Origin: Phyllobates terribilis
Lineage: Eukaryota
DNA length: 64,000 nucleotides
NCBI RefSeq assembly: GCF_046119375.1
Contig: NW_027366894.1
Span: 1 to 64,000, forward strand
Direction: 5' to 3'
Shown here: positions 50,690 through 64,000 of the stretch, piece by piece
Position numbering within the stretch: the first letter of the stretch is position 1
Layout: every line of letters begins with the position of its first letter
Program-made: the position numbers and the translations under genes
The notes under the pieces: generated by a model
The model's database searches: none
The model's input: only the letters and a program-made list of their open reading frames with translations
What the model was told of the DNA's origin: nothing

Positions 50690-53600
50690 AACACCTTTCA
50701 AGGAGTGAAATGTGAAATATTATCCATCGTCCAATTTGAGATCTAACGAACCAGATTCACATGCTCCTTTTCACTCTTTTATTCGAATTGTAAGAAATTT
50801 CCTTCGGATTGAGCTGACATCCGTTACGGATTACGGTCATCTTTGATTAAGAGATGAATAGGCGTAATTCGAAATGGAATGTAAGTATATAGGATATTGT
50901 TCATCTCTTTCCTTGTGGAGAACCGAAGCCGGCGATTTCGATTTGTTTCCCCCTTCCTTCGTCTTCATGAATCTCGTGACCATTGTGTTCCCAGATCTAG
51001 ATTGAGACTAATGCTTACAATCTAAAGTTGATTTCTCGCTCTCCTACCGCTTCCTCTCCGCACCCTTCCTCTTTTTCTATATCTCAACTTCCATAGCTTT
51101 TGGTGAAACTTTTCCTTCGATTTTATCAAGTTTGTACATGATTGGATGATTATCTACCTTACTTTGATCACATAACATTTGTTTATGATGATTTAATGTG
51201 TCAATTGTTGAAAATCACACAAATTTTACTTTGTGAAGTTTTTAGGGTTTATGGTGTTTGAATTGAAGATGAACTGGTTAGGTGTGTCAATTTCCTAATG
51301 TTTTCTAGTGTTTAAGTATTTGATGTGGCTAAAACCTACCCGCAAGTGTACTAGTTAATTGTAGTACTCAAGGGCCAATCCCACAAAGACCAATGTAATA
51401 TTAATTAAATAATACCGGTGTGCTAGGCCGTAAAATATACGAAATTGGGGAAATCTATACTAATTAACAACTAAGAAAGTAAATAAAAGAGATAGAAAAT
51501 ATAGGGAAAATATGTCTAAGGTTTAAGGATCACCTCTACAATGCTTCAGTAGATAAAATCAAACTACGCCTGAATCTAGTCTAATTATTGAAGATAAGCC
51601 ATCTAATGTAATTTACTAACTCCTTTCAAACTATAGTAAACGTGTCTAAACTAAACTAGTAACCGTTGTCGCACAAAGTTAATCTCATTGAAACCCATTA
51701 GCACTTAGAGTCTAGGTATAAACCGAAATAACATACGTTGTCGCGCTCCGCTAAACCAACCTAAATCTAGGACATCTATGAAGATTTAGTATCCTCAAGA
51801 GTAATTTAGTTGCTCTAGCATAAATAACACTCAGATTTCAATTCCTAGATTTCCTGTAAAAGTTATCACCTTTCAATCTCAAACCCTACCTAATTACCTA
51901 TTAACATTATCACTTTTTAGTCTCAAACTCTAACAAGATCCAATTAGCCTAAACTAAAATGGGTGTAAGGCTTCTAGGAACGAATCAACATTCAATTCAG
52001 GCAAAAGTATACTTGTATCTAATTTCGTATTACCTGAATCACCATAACCTTAGAATTAAGATTTTAGTCAAACATGATCGAAGACATAATTAATTGATTT
52101 AAACTAACTAACAATATGTATAAATTAATCAAAAAAGAGAGACGAGTAAATTTAATTTTAATACAAATAATAATCCAAAATTAATAAAAGACTAGAATAA
52201 TAAAATAGATTTTTGAATCAAGCTATCATATAAACTCCAACGTGAAACTAAATCTCATCAAGCCGTAGGAAGAACGGCTACAGTCTCCTCTCTCAAAATC
52301 AAACACGAACCGAAACCCTCCACTAATCTAATATGCAATTCATTTCAATGCGATTATGTTCAAACGCCCCTTAATTTCGATGCGATTCATTTAACTAACC
52401 TCGTCCACCTAAAATTAACCGTAACCCCCATAAGATTAATTTTCCATGCCATCCAACCCTCTATCATCTTTTATTGAGTCTTTTAAGTGGAGTCGGTTGA
52501 GCTTAATCCAAGTATTTTATTTGGTCCGATTTGCTAAGTTCTAAGCTACTTCAAAGTATTGTATTAATTTATCTAAAAATACCTGAAATATGTAATAATA
52601 TAAGTGTAGACTCCAATATAAAATAGTGCTAAATAACTATAAAAACATATAAAATATGTATACAAATGACTTAATCTAATATGCAACTAGACTTCTAAAA
52701 TATGTATAAAATGGACGTTATCAATATTATCCATTGTGATTGATACCCCTTGCTCATTTCATACCTTATTGACAATTCTTTGTCATTTAAAGTGTCTATT
52801 ACAAGCTTGGAGGATCATTCAAGTTAGATTGTTGATTTTACTAATGTCCAACTAGTGTCTAATTATAACATAAATTGTAGTAACTTTATGAGTCACTGTA
52901 AGGTTTACATTTTAGGTTATAATTTTTAAATCTGGTAGCATTTATGTTCATGAACATTATGCTATTATATGTGAACATCATAACCTAAAATGTGAACCAG
53001 TCGTAGTTTTTATTTCAAGAAATATGCCTACTGCTGTACTTTGTTGAGACCTTCGGATCACTTTACTTGCTACCATTCGTTCGATATACCTATCCCCTTC
53101 TTCTTTTTCTAACGTTGAGTCATGGTTTATAAGAGTGAAAAAGATTGTTAAAGAACTTCTCACAAGATATATAATTTATTTTGGCTATACAAATTTGTTA
53201 TAAAGCAAGTATTATATTACTGTGAAATACGTATTGATTCTTGTATGATGGAATTTATATGAACCTGATCAAATAATTATTTAGCATAAATATGAACAAT
53301 TGATTTGTAAACATGATAACCTTATATGTGATCTTAAACGTGAATTTATAAGGACAAAATATGAACATGAAGACCAACAATTTTTAATATTACTATCTGT
53401 AAACATCTATCAAAACAACCTTTTTTCTACATATATCCATTTAGAATGACAACTTGACAAAAAAAAACACCCTTACTACTAAAATAAACACCACTTGTGT
53501 ATCAAAACTATAATTTTTTTTAGTTATTTTTCTACAATAAAAAATCTTCTGGCTTCATCATTTTCACCTTTTTATTTTATCTTTCATTGATTTTTTTCCC

Positions 53601-54900
53601 TTGAATGCTTCCATCTTAAATGCATCCATCCTTATCCTCCTCACTTTCACCTCATTCTCCGCCATCAAAACCTTCATCTTTTTTGTCTCCACACTTTTCA
53701 TTCTCTTCATCACTCACACCTTGATCAAAACCAAACAATAATTATGAACATAATCTTTTTACAGGTAAACATAATGATATTATATATAAATCTTTTGCCA
53801 TTGTATTTGAATATAAATTAGTTTAGACAATGTAATTTAACAGACAACCCAACCACAAATAACTAACAAGACCAATGTAAATCAACACTAGAATTTTCCA
53901 AAATTCTCAAACACATTCAACCGATCTATATGTGAACTTAACATCGTCATTCATCAATCAAATGCACTAAAACACACTAGCAAATGCAAAATTTATAAGA
54001 AATTTATTACTTACACCTTCATCGAAACTAGAAAATAATTGTGAACGTAAGTCTTTACATGTGAACATAATGATATTACATATGAACCTTTTGACATTAT
54101 TGTGAACATAATCAGTTCAAATATGGAAATAAAAATCAAACAACTCAACTGAAAATATCCAACAAGAGTCTATATAGTCGTTTTATTCCAATGCATTCAT
54201 AATTAATGGATGATCAAATGATATATGAATTTAGTATATCTATAGCACATACGCTGTGACTATGTCCAACTACTTGCCTAGTTTCCTTCAGATTAACCAA
54301 CACATAATAGCATTATTTGACAAGTTAGTTAACCAATTGCGTAAAATATTTCAATTGAGGAATTGTGATGGAAAACACACCATGAGAGGAATTGTGATGG
54401 AAAACACAAGGGTATTGGATGCAGCAATAAAAGGTGAGAACTCCAGTGAGCTTGGCGGAGGACACCACCACCACCAACAAAGACATTTCATCCACTTCCA
54501 ATTTCTTCTCAAACGTTACATAGGCTACAAAGAGTTGATGTAAGAAATTGAGTCGGAAGAGACGAACCTATCGAGCGGGAGAGACGGAAGCGGACAAAAA
54601 GAGAAATTGATGGAGATTCTACGACAATGGAGATTCGACGTTGATGGTCGCCATTAGAGGTCCGATAAAAGTAGATCGTGCATCGCAATCTAAGAGATAT
54701 GGAGGAAGGGGAAGAATGCATTGAATGAGACTGAGACTCAAACCCCCAATTCTCAGTTTGCTTTCGAATTGACTGTTTCACCCCCTCACTTAAAACACTT
54801 GCTCTATCTCCTTATCATTATCTTCTAATCTCAACCGTAGATCCTTTAGATCTAACAATGTTAAGTGCTTCGCATTTCACACCATAAACCCATTTCACAC
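50690..54900. mobile_element. Probable non-autonomous Mutator-like element hosting a solo LTR
   Basis: Degenerate inverted similarity between about 50700-50760 (ggagtgaaatgtgaa...gatctaacg) and about 54830-54895. Repeated gtgaacat motifs. No TSD established. Confidence 0.4.
51321..52723 (-). mobile_element. Solo LTR, Athila-like (1403 bp)
   Basis: Minus strand TGATAACGTCC...GCCACATCA. Flanks GTATT / ATATT (4 of 5 TSD match). No PBS or PPT adjacent. Confidence 0.8.
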
Positions 54901-54939
54901 CAGAAACTCTCTCCATATTTTACCCTAATTATTCTAGTA

Positions 54940-57900
54940 TGGTACCGAACCTACTATTGATCCTACAATAATCCCCCCCCCCCCGTAAACCTACATCGTT
55001 ACCACTGTCTTTCCTTCACGGTCGTCGTACCTAATACCAACACCCCTGTTTCTTCCTTCCCTATGTTTGTTCATAACCAACCCCTGCGTGTTGATAGCCA
55101 AAGTACTTGGGTGGCTCATCGTCGAGATTCCTCTCTGATCAAGGGGATTCTGGCAGCTAGAGATAGAGTTGTTCAGATGGATGATAGAGAGTTGGGGGTT
55201 GAGGAGACTCTTGATAGTTGGTGCACTGCAGACAGGTTCCGTGTCTCGGCTGCGTATGATGCGCTCCGGGATAGGAAACCGAGTGTGTCTTGGAAGGTTG
55301 AGGTCTAACCCAAGCACAACACTCCTAGGCATTCGTTCATTTTGTGGTTGGCTGTGCTTGGACGGTTATCTACCTATGACAGATTGTTCTTTCTTGGCGT
55401 TGATCCATGCTGTCGTCTTTGTGAGTCGGCAGATGAGTCTAATTCACACCTCTTCTTTGAGTGTCCGGTGGTTCTGAGCGTCTGGCAGGCGGTATGCACC
55501 AAGTTTCACATTCCTCACTCTTGCACTTCTATCGATAGTACTATAGTCTGGCTGCGCGCGCATGCACATGGTCGAGGAGTTCTTGCTAGGGATCAGACTT
55601 TTACGCTTTTGGCGACGGTTTACTTGGTTTGGCAGGCGCGGAATGCGCTTGTGTTTGAGCACAACCGGATTCCGGTTGAGGTCATTGTTAGACAGATTAT
55701 CATTCATGTTTTTAGACTTCTTTATGACATGTTTCCTATTACTATGGTTGTCTCAGCACTTGGACACTAGTTTGTTGATTATTCAGCACAGTATGGATAG
55801 CCTGTGTGTTATGCCATGTGTGCTCTTGAACTGTCTGTGATTTGAATTCCCTGTTAAAGGGACATACCATTTATATTATTTACATTTTAACAAAAAAAAA
55901 TATCGAGTAACCACCACCATCCCAAGTGAGTCCCCCCCCCACCATACCACGTGAGTCCCCTCAATTCAAATATCCAGTAAACCATAAACCACAAACATAA
56001 TGACCGACAAGGGTGTCGATAAATGTCAGATGTTGGATTTCACGTCACCATATTACCCACATCCATCCGATCAACCCAGACTTAATATCCACTCTATTAA
56101 TGTTAAGAGTGAAAATTATCAAGAGTTTGTGCTTGCTCTGCGTAATTCATTTTGTGCCCGACACAAATTGGATTTCATTGACGGTCTTATATTGAAACAT
56201 GGGACTCCGGAACTTGACGATTAGAACATGGTCAATTCCATGCTTGTTGGATGGATTCAAAAGATGATTGATTTGTCTCTGCGTTCTTCCATCAAATACT
56301 TGGATACCCTCAAAGAGCTTTGGGATCAACTTCGTCACCGCTTCACAGTGGGAAACAGGCCCCGAAAGCTCCATCTTTTGTCCAACATGTAAAAGTGCCT
56401 TCAAGATGGGTACTCCATTGACTCATACTTTGGCATTTTTACTAATCCCTGGGATGATATTCTTGCTTATTCCCCGAAAAGGTCTGTACGGCAAACGCGA
56501 GTGTGTCCACACCAAAGCTGTGGCTATTCAACGTAATGAGGATATGATTGATCACTTTCCGATTGGTCTTGATGACTTGTATGGGACCCTTTGCTCCAGC
56601 ATTATGGTGCATGGATCCACTCCCCGATACCAATCTCGTTTATGTGCCCGTCTTTTCAGGAGGAGAATCATCGTACCATTTTGACTTAATGAGATGCTAC
56701 ACCGGATTCTTTGGCAATGTCTGCTCGTCGTCCGCCATCGCCTAACTCCAAGACTATTGATCGTTAAGTCTCTAGAATGCTCTCATTACGGTAAATCTGG
56801 CCACGATACGACCACCCGCTTTAAAATTCATGGGCTTCCTGACTGGGTCGAGGAAATGCACGACGCGGTTCCACCATGACAACCACAATCGTGGCGACCT
56901 CTTACGCGATCGACAGTTGTGCAAGTTTCTGATGCCTATGCTGACTGAAACCCACCGGGTCTCCCTCTGACGCTGATAGTGAAGGGTTGGCACTACTTTT
57001 TTAGGAACAATGGGCATCTAATCTCAACATGTTTTGCACTCTAGCACCTGCATCTAACTCCCTGGAATCTAGTAACGGTAATATGTCCCTTCCTTGGATT
57101 CTAGATACTTGTGCTTCATTTCATATGACTAGTGATTTTTTCTGTCCTCTTGGGTGCTTATGAAATCTGCGTCGTATCTATTATTCTACTAACAATATTA
57201 TTACTCCGGCTTCCTGTGTTGGGGTTGCCTATTTCGATTCCGTTCAAATTTCTAATGTGTTGTTCATTCACGACTTAGGCTGCAATCTGCCGTCCTTTGC
57301 TCGGCTTTAATTGTGCTATGCGCACACTTTCTCTTATTACTAACCGTTTATATGTGTTACATGAAACATTTAGAGGATAGTGATTGACGTGGGTGAAGAA
57401 TGTGGAGGGGGTTCATTGGATGCGACGTCTTGAGTCTCTAGCGCTTGTCTTATCTGCTCAATTTGTCTCACCGCGACTTACCTTGGCACCAGCATCTCGA
57501 TCATCCGCCGTGTCAGTGCTCGCGTATATATCTAGTTTGGATTTAATCAAATCATCAACAAATAGTTTATTACCTTGTGGTGCCTGTCATAGAGCAAGAA
57601 AACTCATTTTTCTTTTATTCTTAGCAATAATAAAGATCATACGCAAGTTCAATTAATACATTTGAGGTTTGAAGGTTCATATTGTACACCTTCTACTACC
57701 AGCGATTCTTAGTTTTTGACCATCGTTGATGATTTCTCTCGAGCATTATGGGTGTATTTATTTAATAGTAAAGTTCAAGTATTTTTCTCTTGTAACTGCG
57801 TTCTGTGCCATGGTGAGGACTCAATTATCTACTACAGTTCGTTGTGTTTGATCTAACAACGGGAGGAAAACCTTTCGTCGTTAGTTCTACAAAGTAACAT

Positions 57901-60190
57901 CTTGTCTAAAACTTCCTATGTCTACACACCTCAATAGAATGGGCGTGTCGTGTGAAACCAACGTAATCATCTCAATATGGCTCACACTCTCTAGTTTCAG
58001 GCACACCTTTCGCTGACTTTTGGGTAAATGTATTCAGAATGTTGCATACATTATTAATCACAATCCAATAACTCTCGTAGCCGGCAAGTCTTCTTATGAG
58101 ATCCTCATCAACAGATCATTGATCTATGCACACATCCGCGTCCTCAGATATCTTTGCTACAGAACTCAATAGCCTAGGTCATCGGATAAATTTGCGGCAA
58201 GAGGTCGTTGATGCATCTTCATCGATTATTCTTCCGGTAAACACGGGTGGTGTCTGTACGATCTGGAAAAATTCTAGATTTTTACCTCCAGAGATGTTGT
58301 CTTCTATGAAGCGTATTTCCTTATGCACCTACATTGCACACGAACAAGCTACACCCTTATTCTGAATTCGGACCCTCGTCCTGATAGATTTGCTGATTCA
58401 TTTGAAGAAACTGATGCACAACTTACTCCCTCGACTGCGTGTATGTCCGACCGTGCCCGTGTTGAACCTGCCTCCATGATCGAGCTTGCATCCTTCAACG
58501 ATCGGACAAAACTGCTTCAATGCCAGCAACAGCTGACGCTCGCGCCCTTGTTACTTACATGCATGCGCCTCCTCTACTTGATTCTATTTCTACTAAAGTC
58601 GTACCATCATCAAATCATTTGGGCAACCGTAATCGCGCTCCGAATGTGTTCCTTTGTGTCTATGAATGCAATTCAACTCGTCTCTTAAACCATCTACTTC
58701 ATCGCTATACCCACGTCATCACTACTATCCTCCGGTATGGGTTTTCCTAGTTGATAATTATGTATCTTGTGATAATTTTTTGCTCTCACATATTGAGTTT
58801 CTATCTACTATTATTGCATAGGTCAATCCGACATTCTTGTTGATGTGAAGTTATGGTGAGCGTGCTTGATGCTCTTGCTCGTAACATTACTTGGGGTCTC
58901 ACTTCACTTCTGCCTAATAATAAACCTATTGGCTGCAAATGGGTGTTTCACATCAAATACAAGGCTTATGGCCTATTGAGTGCTATAAGGCACAATTACT
59001 AGTACTTGGTAATTGTTAGATCGAAGGTACATACAACACTAAAACTTTTGTTCCTTTGTGAAAATGACTACAATGCGTCTTTTATTATTGGTTGTTGCTT
59101 ACTCCAATCTTGAGCTACATCAGATAGATGTGCAGAATGCCTTTCTCCATGGCGATATTGATGAAGAGCTCTATATGTCCTCTCTATAGGGTCTTTCTCC
59201 GATTCTACCAGGTCAGGTTTGTATCTTGCAAAAATCCCTCTATGGGTTCCGACATGCACCGCTGAAACTAGTTTGCTAAGTTGGCGGCCAATCTTTTCAC
59301 ATTTGGCTTTGCTCAGAGCTATGCTGATTACTCCCATTGACTCTTAGTCGTCTAACTATGATTCTGTACATTCTGTTCTATGCCAATGATCTGATTATCG
59401 TTGGGAATGGCTCCACGACTATTACCAGGTTTAAGTTGTATCTATCTTTGTGTGTTTCATATGAAGGATCTGGTTACTCTGAAGTAATATATGGATATTT
59501 AAAATACCAAAAATAAATAAGTATATTCCTCACGCAGAGCAAACATGAGCTTGAAATCATTCGCTCGAGGTAGTTGAGAGTCCATGCTTTTACGATCCTG
59601 AGCAATACCATCGACTTGTTGTCGGATCATCTCTCTTACTATCACTCATCCCGAGTTATGCTTTTCAGTGCACATTCTGGCACAATTCCTACGGGGTCCG
59701 ACTATTGCCCATTGGCAAGTCGACATTTTGGGTTTTGCACAATATCAAATCTTATCATGGACAAGGTTTGTTTCTCTCTTCTACCTGCTCTTTGACTATT
59801 TCTGAATATTGTGATTTGGATTGGGCGGCATGCCCAACCACCCGTCGCTCTATTACTAGCTTCTTCGTTACTCTTGATGATTCTCCAATCTCTTGGAAAA
59901 TGAAGAAGCAAGCCACGATTTACTGATCCTTAGCTGAAGCCGAATACTATTCCATGGTGGCAATCTGCGCCAAGCTAAAGTCGATCAAGTATTTAATCTA
60001 GTCTCTCGACATTACTCTCAACACTCCAATGCGCCTATTCAGTGATAGTCAGTGTGCTCTACAAATTTCTGCCAATTCAGTATTTCATGAGCATGCTAAG
60101 CACATTGAGATTGGTTATAACTTTGTTCCAATCACGATCATAGCGGGTGACATTTCCACGTTCCACATTCTCAGTGAGTAGCATTTGACT
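54940..60190 (+). mobile_element. Degenerate Ty1/Copia element (Ale/Retrofit-like), LTRs not identified
   Basis: gag SPYYPHPSD at about 56045, TPQ*NGRV at about 57925, KPIGCKWVF at 58921, QIDVQNAFLHGD at about 59120, RNase H KHIEI at about 60100. PBS-like tggtacc at about 54940. Confidence 0.85.
55050..55900 (+). mobile_element. 5'-truncated L1 LINE (zf-RVT end of ORF2, 3' UTR, A-tail)
   Basis: WLAVLGRLSTYDRL..CRLCESADESNSHLFFECP and VYLVWQARN; stop at 55306; A9 tail ending at 55900. Confidence 0.88.
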
Positions 60191-63151
60191 TAAGAGTCCT
60201 TGCACTCACGCCTGTCATGTCCATTTTGACCACAAAAGGTACAATAATGGTTACCTCTTACATAACCATACTTGCCTTTTACTGGTCTAAAATGGTTCTT
60301 TCTTTTGTAAGACTGGAGGCTGAGTTGGGATTTGCGCTTGTTTTTTTACAATTTATGCGCTTTTCCCCATGAAACCACTCTTTGGTTTCTAAAGGTTGTT
60401 CCTCAAGTACCTTTATTCTGCTCTTCAGATGAGGAGTTTTCACTCTTGTAGACAGTTAGGTCTTGTTCAAGTGATTTGATTTTAGCAGAGAACTCACTTG
60501 ATTGAGGAGGACTGGAGAAAGAAGAAGATTCCCTGGGGGTCATAGCCCAATCCAGGTCTAGCTTTCACAAAGGCTGTTTGAGGGACAAACTTTGCTTCCA
60601 CTAGTTTAGTAAGAATATCAAGCTTTGATATGATCTGATTGAGCTTAACATCTTTAGTTGAGTCAGAGTTACTTTCCAACCCTTTGCCATGACAGAGTTC
60701 ACAAGATTTAGAGAGGAGTGTGGATTTGTCATGTAAATGTTTGGAAAGCTCAACCAATTCTTCCTTAGCATTATCAAGTTCAACCAGCCGTGCTCTAGCA
60801 TCAGTTGCTAGAGACTTGTGTTGAACCATAAGCTCTTTTAAGAGACAGATAAGATTGCACTTGGGCAAAATTTCAAGGTTCAGATCATTTACCTCAATCT
60901 CAGAGCCAAAGTCTGAGTCAGATGCGGCGCCAACCATTAAGCACAAGTCAGGTTGAGCTCCATCTTCTGAATCGTCATCAGATTCTCCCCAAAGTGTGAC
61001 GAACGCCTGTTTAGGGGGCTGTTTGGTGAAGCTTGAGCTTGAGCTTGGATTCACTTTTGGATGAGGACACGCTTTGGCCAAGTGTCCCTTCTCGTTGCAG
61101 TTGAAGCAAGTGAATTCCTGACATCGCGCTGCTTGGAGGCTGTATCGCGCTTGAGGCCGCCTTGTTTCTTAAAAAACTTCTTCACGAGCTTGGTCATCAT
61201 AGCGACATCTCTATCATTGTCGTCTTCTCCTTCATCATCATTTTCAAGCTTTTGGAGGACACATGATAGCTTGAGCGCCATTCCTTTGTTTTCTCGTTCT
61301 GAGTGCTTCTCCTCGTTGTTCTTGATTTCCTGAACTTTGAATTTCCCTGCAAGAACAGAGATAGGCAATTCTCGAGTTTCCTTAGATTGGAGAAGAATCT
61401 GCTTGAGAGTTGCATACTTGGAGTTCACCCCATGGATGAACGCCATAGAATACTCCCAAGCTTTCTTTTCCATTCCAGAAGAAAGCATCTTGTCATAGAG
61501 GATTTGACACCGAGAATGATAATCAGAAACAAGCTCATTTTCCCCCATTCTAATGGAGCAAAATTCGCGATTAAGCTCAAAAATACGATTATCCTTCATG
61601 TCATCACTACCTGAGTGCATGTTTATTATAGCTTTCCACATCTCTTGGGCAGTGGGAAGTGACATTACCTTGTCAATGTCTTTCCTTGAAAGCGCATTGA
61701 GGATGAGCTGTCGCGCTTTGGCATTCTTCTCCATCAGTTGGTACTCTTTAGCTTCCCATTTGGAGTCATCAGTTTCAGAGATCTTCTCATCTCCCTTTTC
61801 AATGATTTCCAGCACTGGTAATCTGTTTGCTGGATGTAGTTTTTAGTCATTGTGAGCCACCATTGGAGTTCGCCTTCAACAAGGATGTGGGGCTTAGCGA
61901 GACAAATGCCGAGATTGAAACTAGCCATTGTTCGAATCTTGAGAATCCTTTAAACCTGTAAAAGGATTAGTGCAAATAGCTAACCTGTAGCTCTGATACC
62001 AATTGTAGAAAACACGTATTTGATCAGCTATTGTTCACTGTCACTAAGGTTCATTAAGCCTTAGATGCGCTTAACAAGTATTCAATTGCGCTTTGAACAC
62101 TTGGGATGCGCTTGACCTATGTAGAACTATTAGTAATGAATTTACTAAAGTCCTTAAGTGCGGAAGAGGCTAGACAGACAATTGAGCGCGCTTTAAGTTG
62201 TTAAAGCGCACTTCTATTTGCACACACACAAGAATTTTGAAACGGTGAGAACCCTAAGTCACTACTTGACTCGAGATAAAACTCACCACTACAATGTATT
62301 GATTAGAAAAGAATTACAATCTTTTGCTTCAACACTTTGAAGCTCACTCGTAAACTCTCTCTTTACAATACTTGAGTTCAGCTCTAAAGAACAAATGAAG
62401 GCACTCTCAACACTCTCTCTGATTACAAACCAGTATATTACTTAAGCTCTCTCTAGCTTCTCTATAATTCTCTCAGTTTGTAACACCTAGAGTGAATGCA
62501 ACAGTCCTCTATTTATACACAGACCTTAAGCTAAATCTCTAACTTAATTCGTGTAACAAACAAAGACTAAGCACAATGCCACCTCATCAATCCGTGTGCC
62601 TTGATCACTTCACCAGAATTAATCAACGGCCTGGAGTGATTAGGTTTTGTTCTTCACTTGTTGATCCACGCCACATCAGCAATCCGTGTGCTTTTAGCTC
62701 TAACAACCCTTCTTCCACGCTGGCGATCCCTGGAGTTGCGTCCCAAAGAGTGAACAGGTTCTTCTCGCACCTTCCTGTGCACGCAACTTGCACTCTCCAC
62801 TTACCAGCCTTCTCTAGCGTGTTGACGTTGTTCTGCTGCGCTCTAGCACACCCTAAGCTATGGTGGAACCTCGTGGTCAACTTCTTCTTCTTCATTCAAG
62901 CGCGTCCACTACGCCCTCGAAGCTCGATCACTCTCACTTCTTGGTTTTGAATGGATTTATTAAACACCGTTTGCGAAACTTACTTTCTCCGCTTGGTGTA
63001 AGCGCGACTGTGACCAGTCAAGTGCATCTCTAACTGTCTTAAGGCATCCTTACAGATATAGCAATAACCTGGAAGGCTTAAAAACACTGAGAGATTAAAC
63101 ATATTAGGTTTGTTATCATCAAAACAAAGAGAAATAGATTAAGCTTTAATA
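60190..63151 (-). mobile_element. Second SIRE/Maximus-type Copia, only 5' LTR and gag retained
   Basis: LTR 62004-63151 with TTTTGATGATAACAAAC near its 5' end, PBS TGGTATCAGAG at 61991-62001, and gag fragments 61928-60494 homologous to the first element. Confidence 0.88.
60494..61928 (-). pseudogene. SIRE-type extended gag, frameshifted
   Basis: QTDYQCWK, AQEMWKAI, ACPHPK knuckle end, coiled-coil extension and RPGLGY. Confidence 0.82.
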
Positions 63152-64000
63152 AGATGATTAAAGCTCAACTAACAGGTTCAATGATGGAGATTCAATGGTC
63201 CGGGGCGTTGTGGAAGGATATTCCCGAGGGTGAAATCGATGGTGGTTCACGGACAAGGATAAATGACTCTTGTAGGTCAGAGTCCAAACAAGGTAACGTC
63301 GAGGCTAAGGGAGGAGTTCAACTCTACTTCTTCTTAGCATAAATTCAACATAAAAGAAAAATGAGAGTTTAATGTTTTCTTTTACTAAATCCTAAAATCT
63401 GAGTTACCGAAGATAGTAAACTCATATTCTAAAAATAGAAAGTACTGAAAAACACTAAAACAATCGATAACAAAGCAATGTCAAATGTAATTAAGGTCAT
63501 CTTACGGATCTAGTATCAATTTGTCGAACGTCTCGTATCACATCTCCTAGGTCTATGTCAATCTTTGCGGCGTCTCATTTAACTCTCCCCTCCTAATCTT
63601 CGAATTGTCCACGATTCGACATGCTTGTGTAGTACAAGGGATTTCGCCATTGTTGAATTGTAGAGCTTGTCTATCAAAGTATCTAGGACTCACAAAGTTG
63701 TAGATAGTCATACCACCAACATCTAAAACACCATGTGTACTACCAGTCTTCTTAGAAAGGTGTTTCCTCTTCGAGCTACAACCGAGCGTCTTTGTCTTTC
63801 AATATGGAGCCGATCCTCACTAACATGCACCTGAAAACGAGTATATATTAGTAAGTGTAGGTAATTCATATACATTAACAAATAAGTACACACATGTGGA
63901 TCTAATAAAATATCAGGAGAACGTCCCTGAGCTAAAGTATTGAGATTCTGCGAATAAGTTAAGAGCAAACGATGCCCACAACGTTCCTGAATTGCCTTAG
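63152..64000 (-). mobile_element. Probable chromovirus-type Gypsy 3' end (PPT plus LTR start), very degenerate
   Basis: Minus strand AGGAGGGGAGAG (63594-63583) is followed within 5 nt by TGAGAC. Upstream sequence only weakly resembles an integrase C-terminus. Confidence 0.4.

Noticed and set aside
50300-50690. Possible short Copia solo LTR (TATAAATACCC, ends AACA)
   Set aside because: No convincing start or TSD could be identified.
1-64000. rRNA, tRNA or organellar insertions
   Set aside because: None recognised by eye; a covariance-model scan and an organelle BLAST would be needed to exclude short ones.

Overview
Plant (eudicot-like) nuclear DNA. Three spliced host genes lie in a matrix of decayed, often nested transposable elements. 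The genes are an NMCP1/CRWN-type nuclear lamina gene (+, 10930-15762), a TMEM33/Pom33-family gene (-, 16506-19593) and a cinnamoyl-CoA reductase-like SDR gene (-, 39819-45897). The NMCP1 gene carries two +1 frameshifts in this assembly; the other two are intact. TE content: two 3'-truncated SIRE/Maximus-type Copia elements, a Tat-clade Gypsy nested in a SIRE-type LTR, Athila remnants and a solo LTR, a degenerate Ale/Retrofit-like Copia, two L1 LINE fragments, a 4.9 kb DD39D mariner-like element, several Stowaway MITEs and Helitron remnants. The most notable observations are: (1) a decayed antisense acidic ORF with SIM-like motifs inside the long mariner; (2) the NMCP1 frameshifts, which are either errors or a real allele; (3) a direct duplication of LTR plus flank upstream of NMCP1 whose second copy has a templated-filler repair scar; (4) a splice-acceptor-like signal exactly where the SIRE pol frame opens. 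There are no rRNA, tRNA or CRISPR features. All coordinates were read by eye; boundaries called approximate may be off by tens of bases. No clearly new biological system is demonstrable from the sequence alone.
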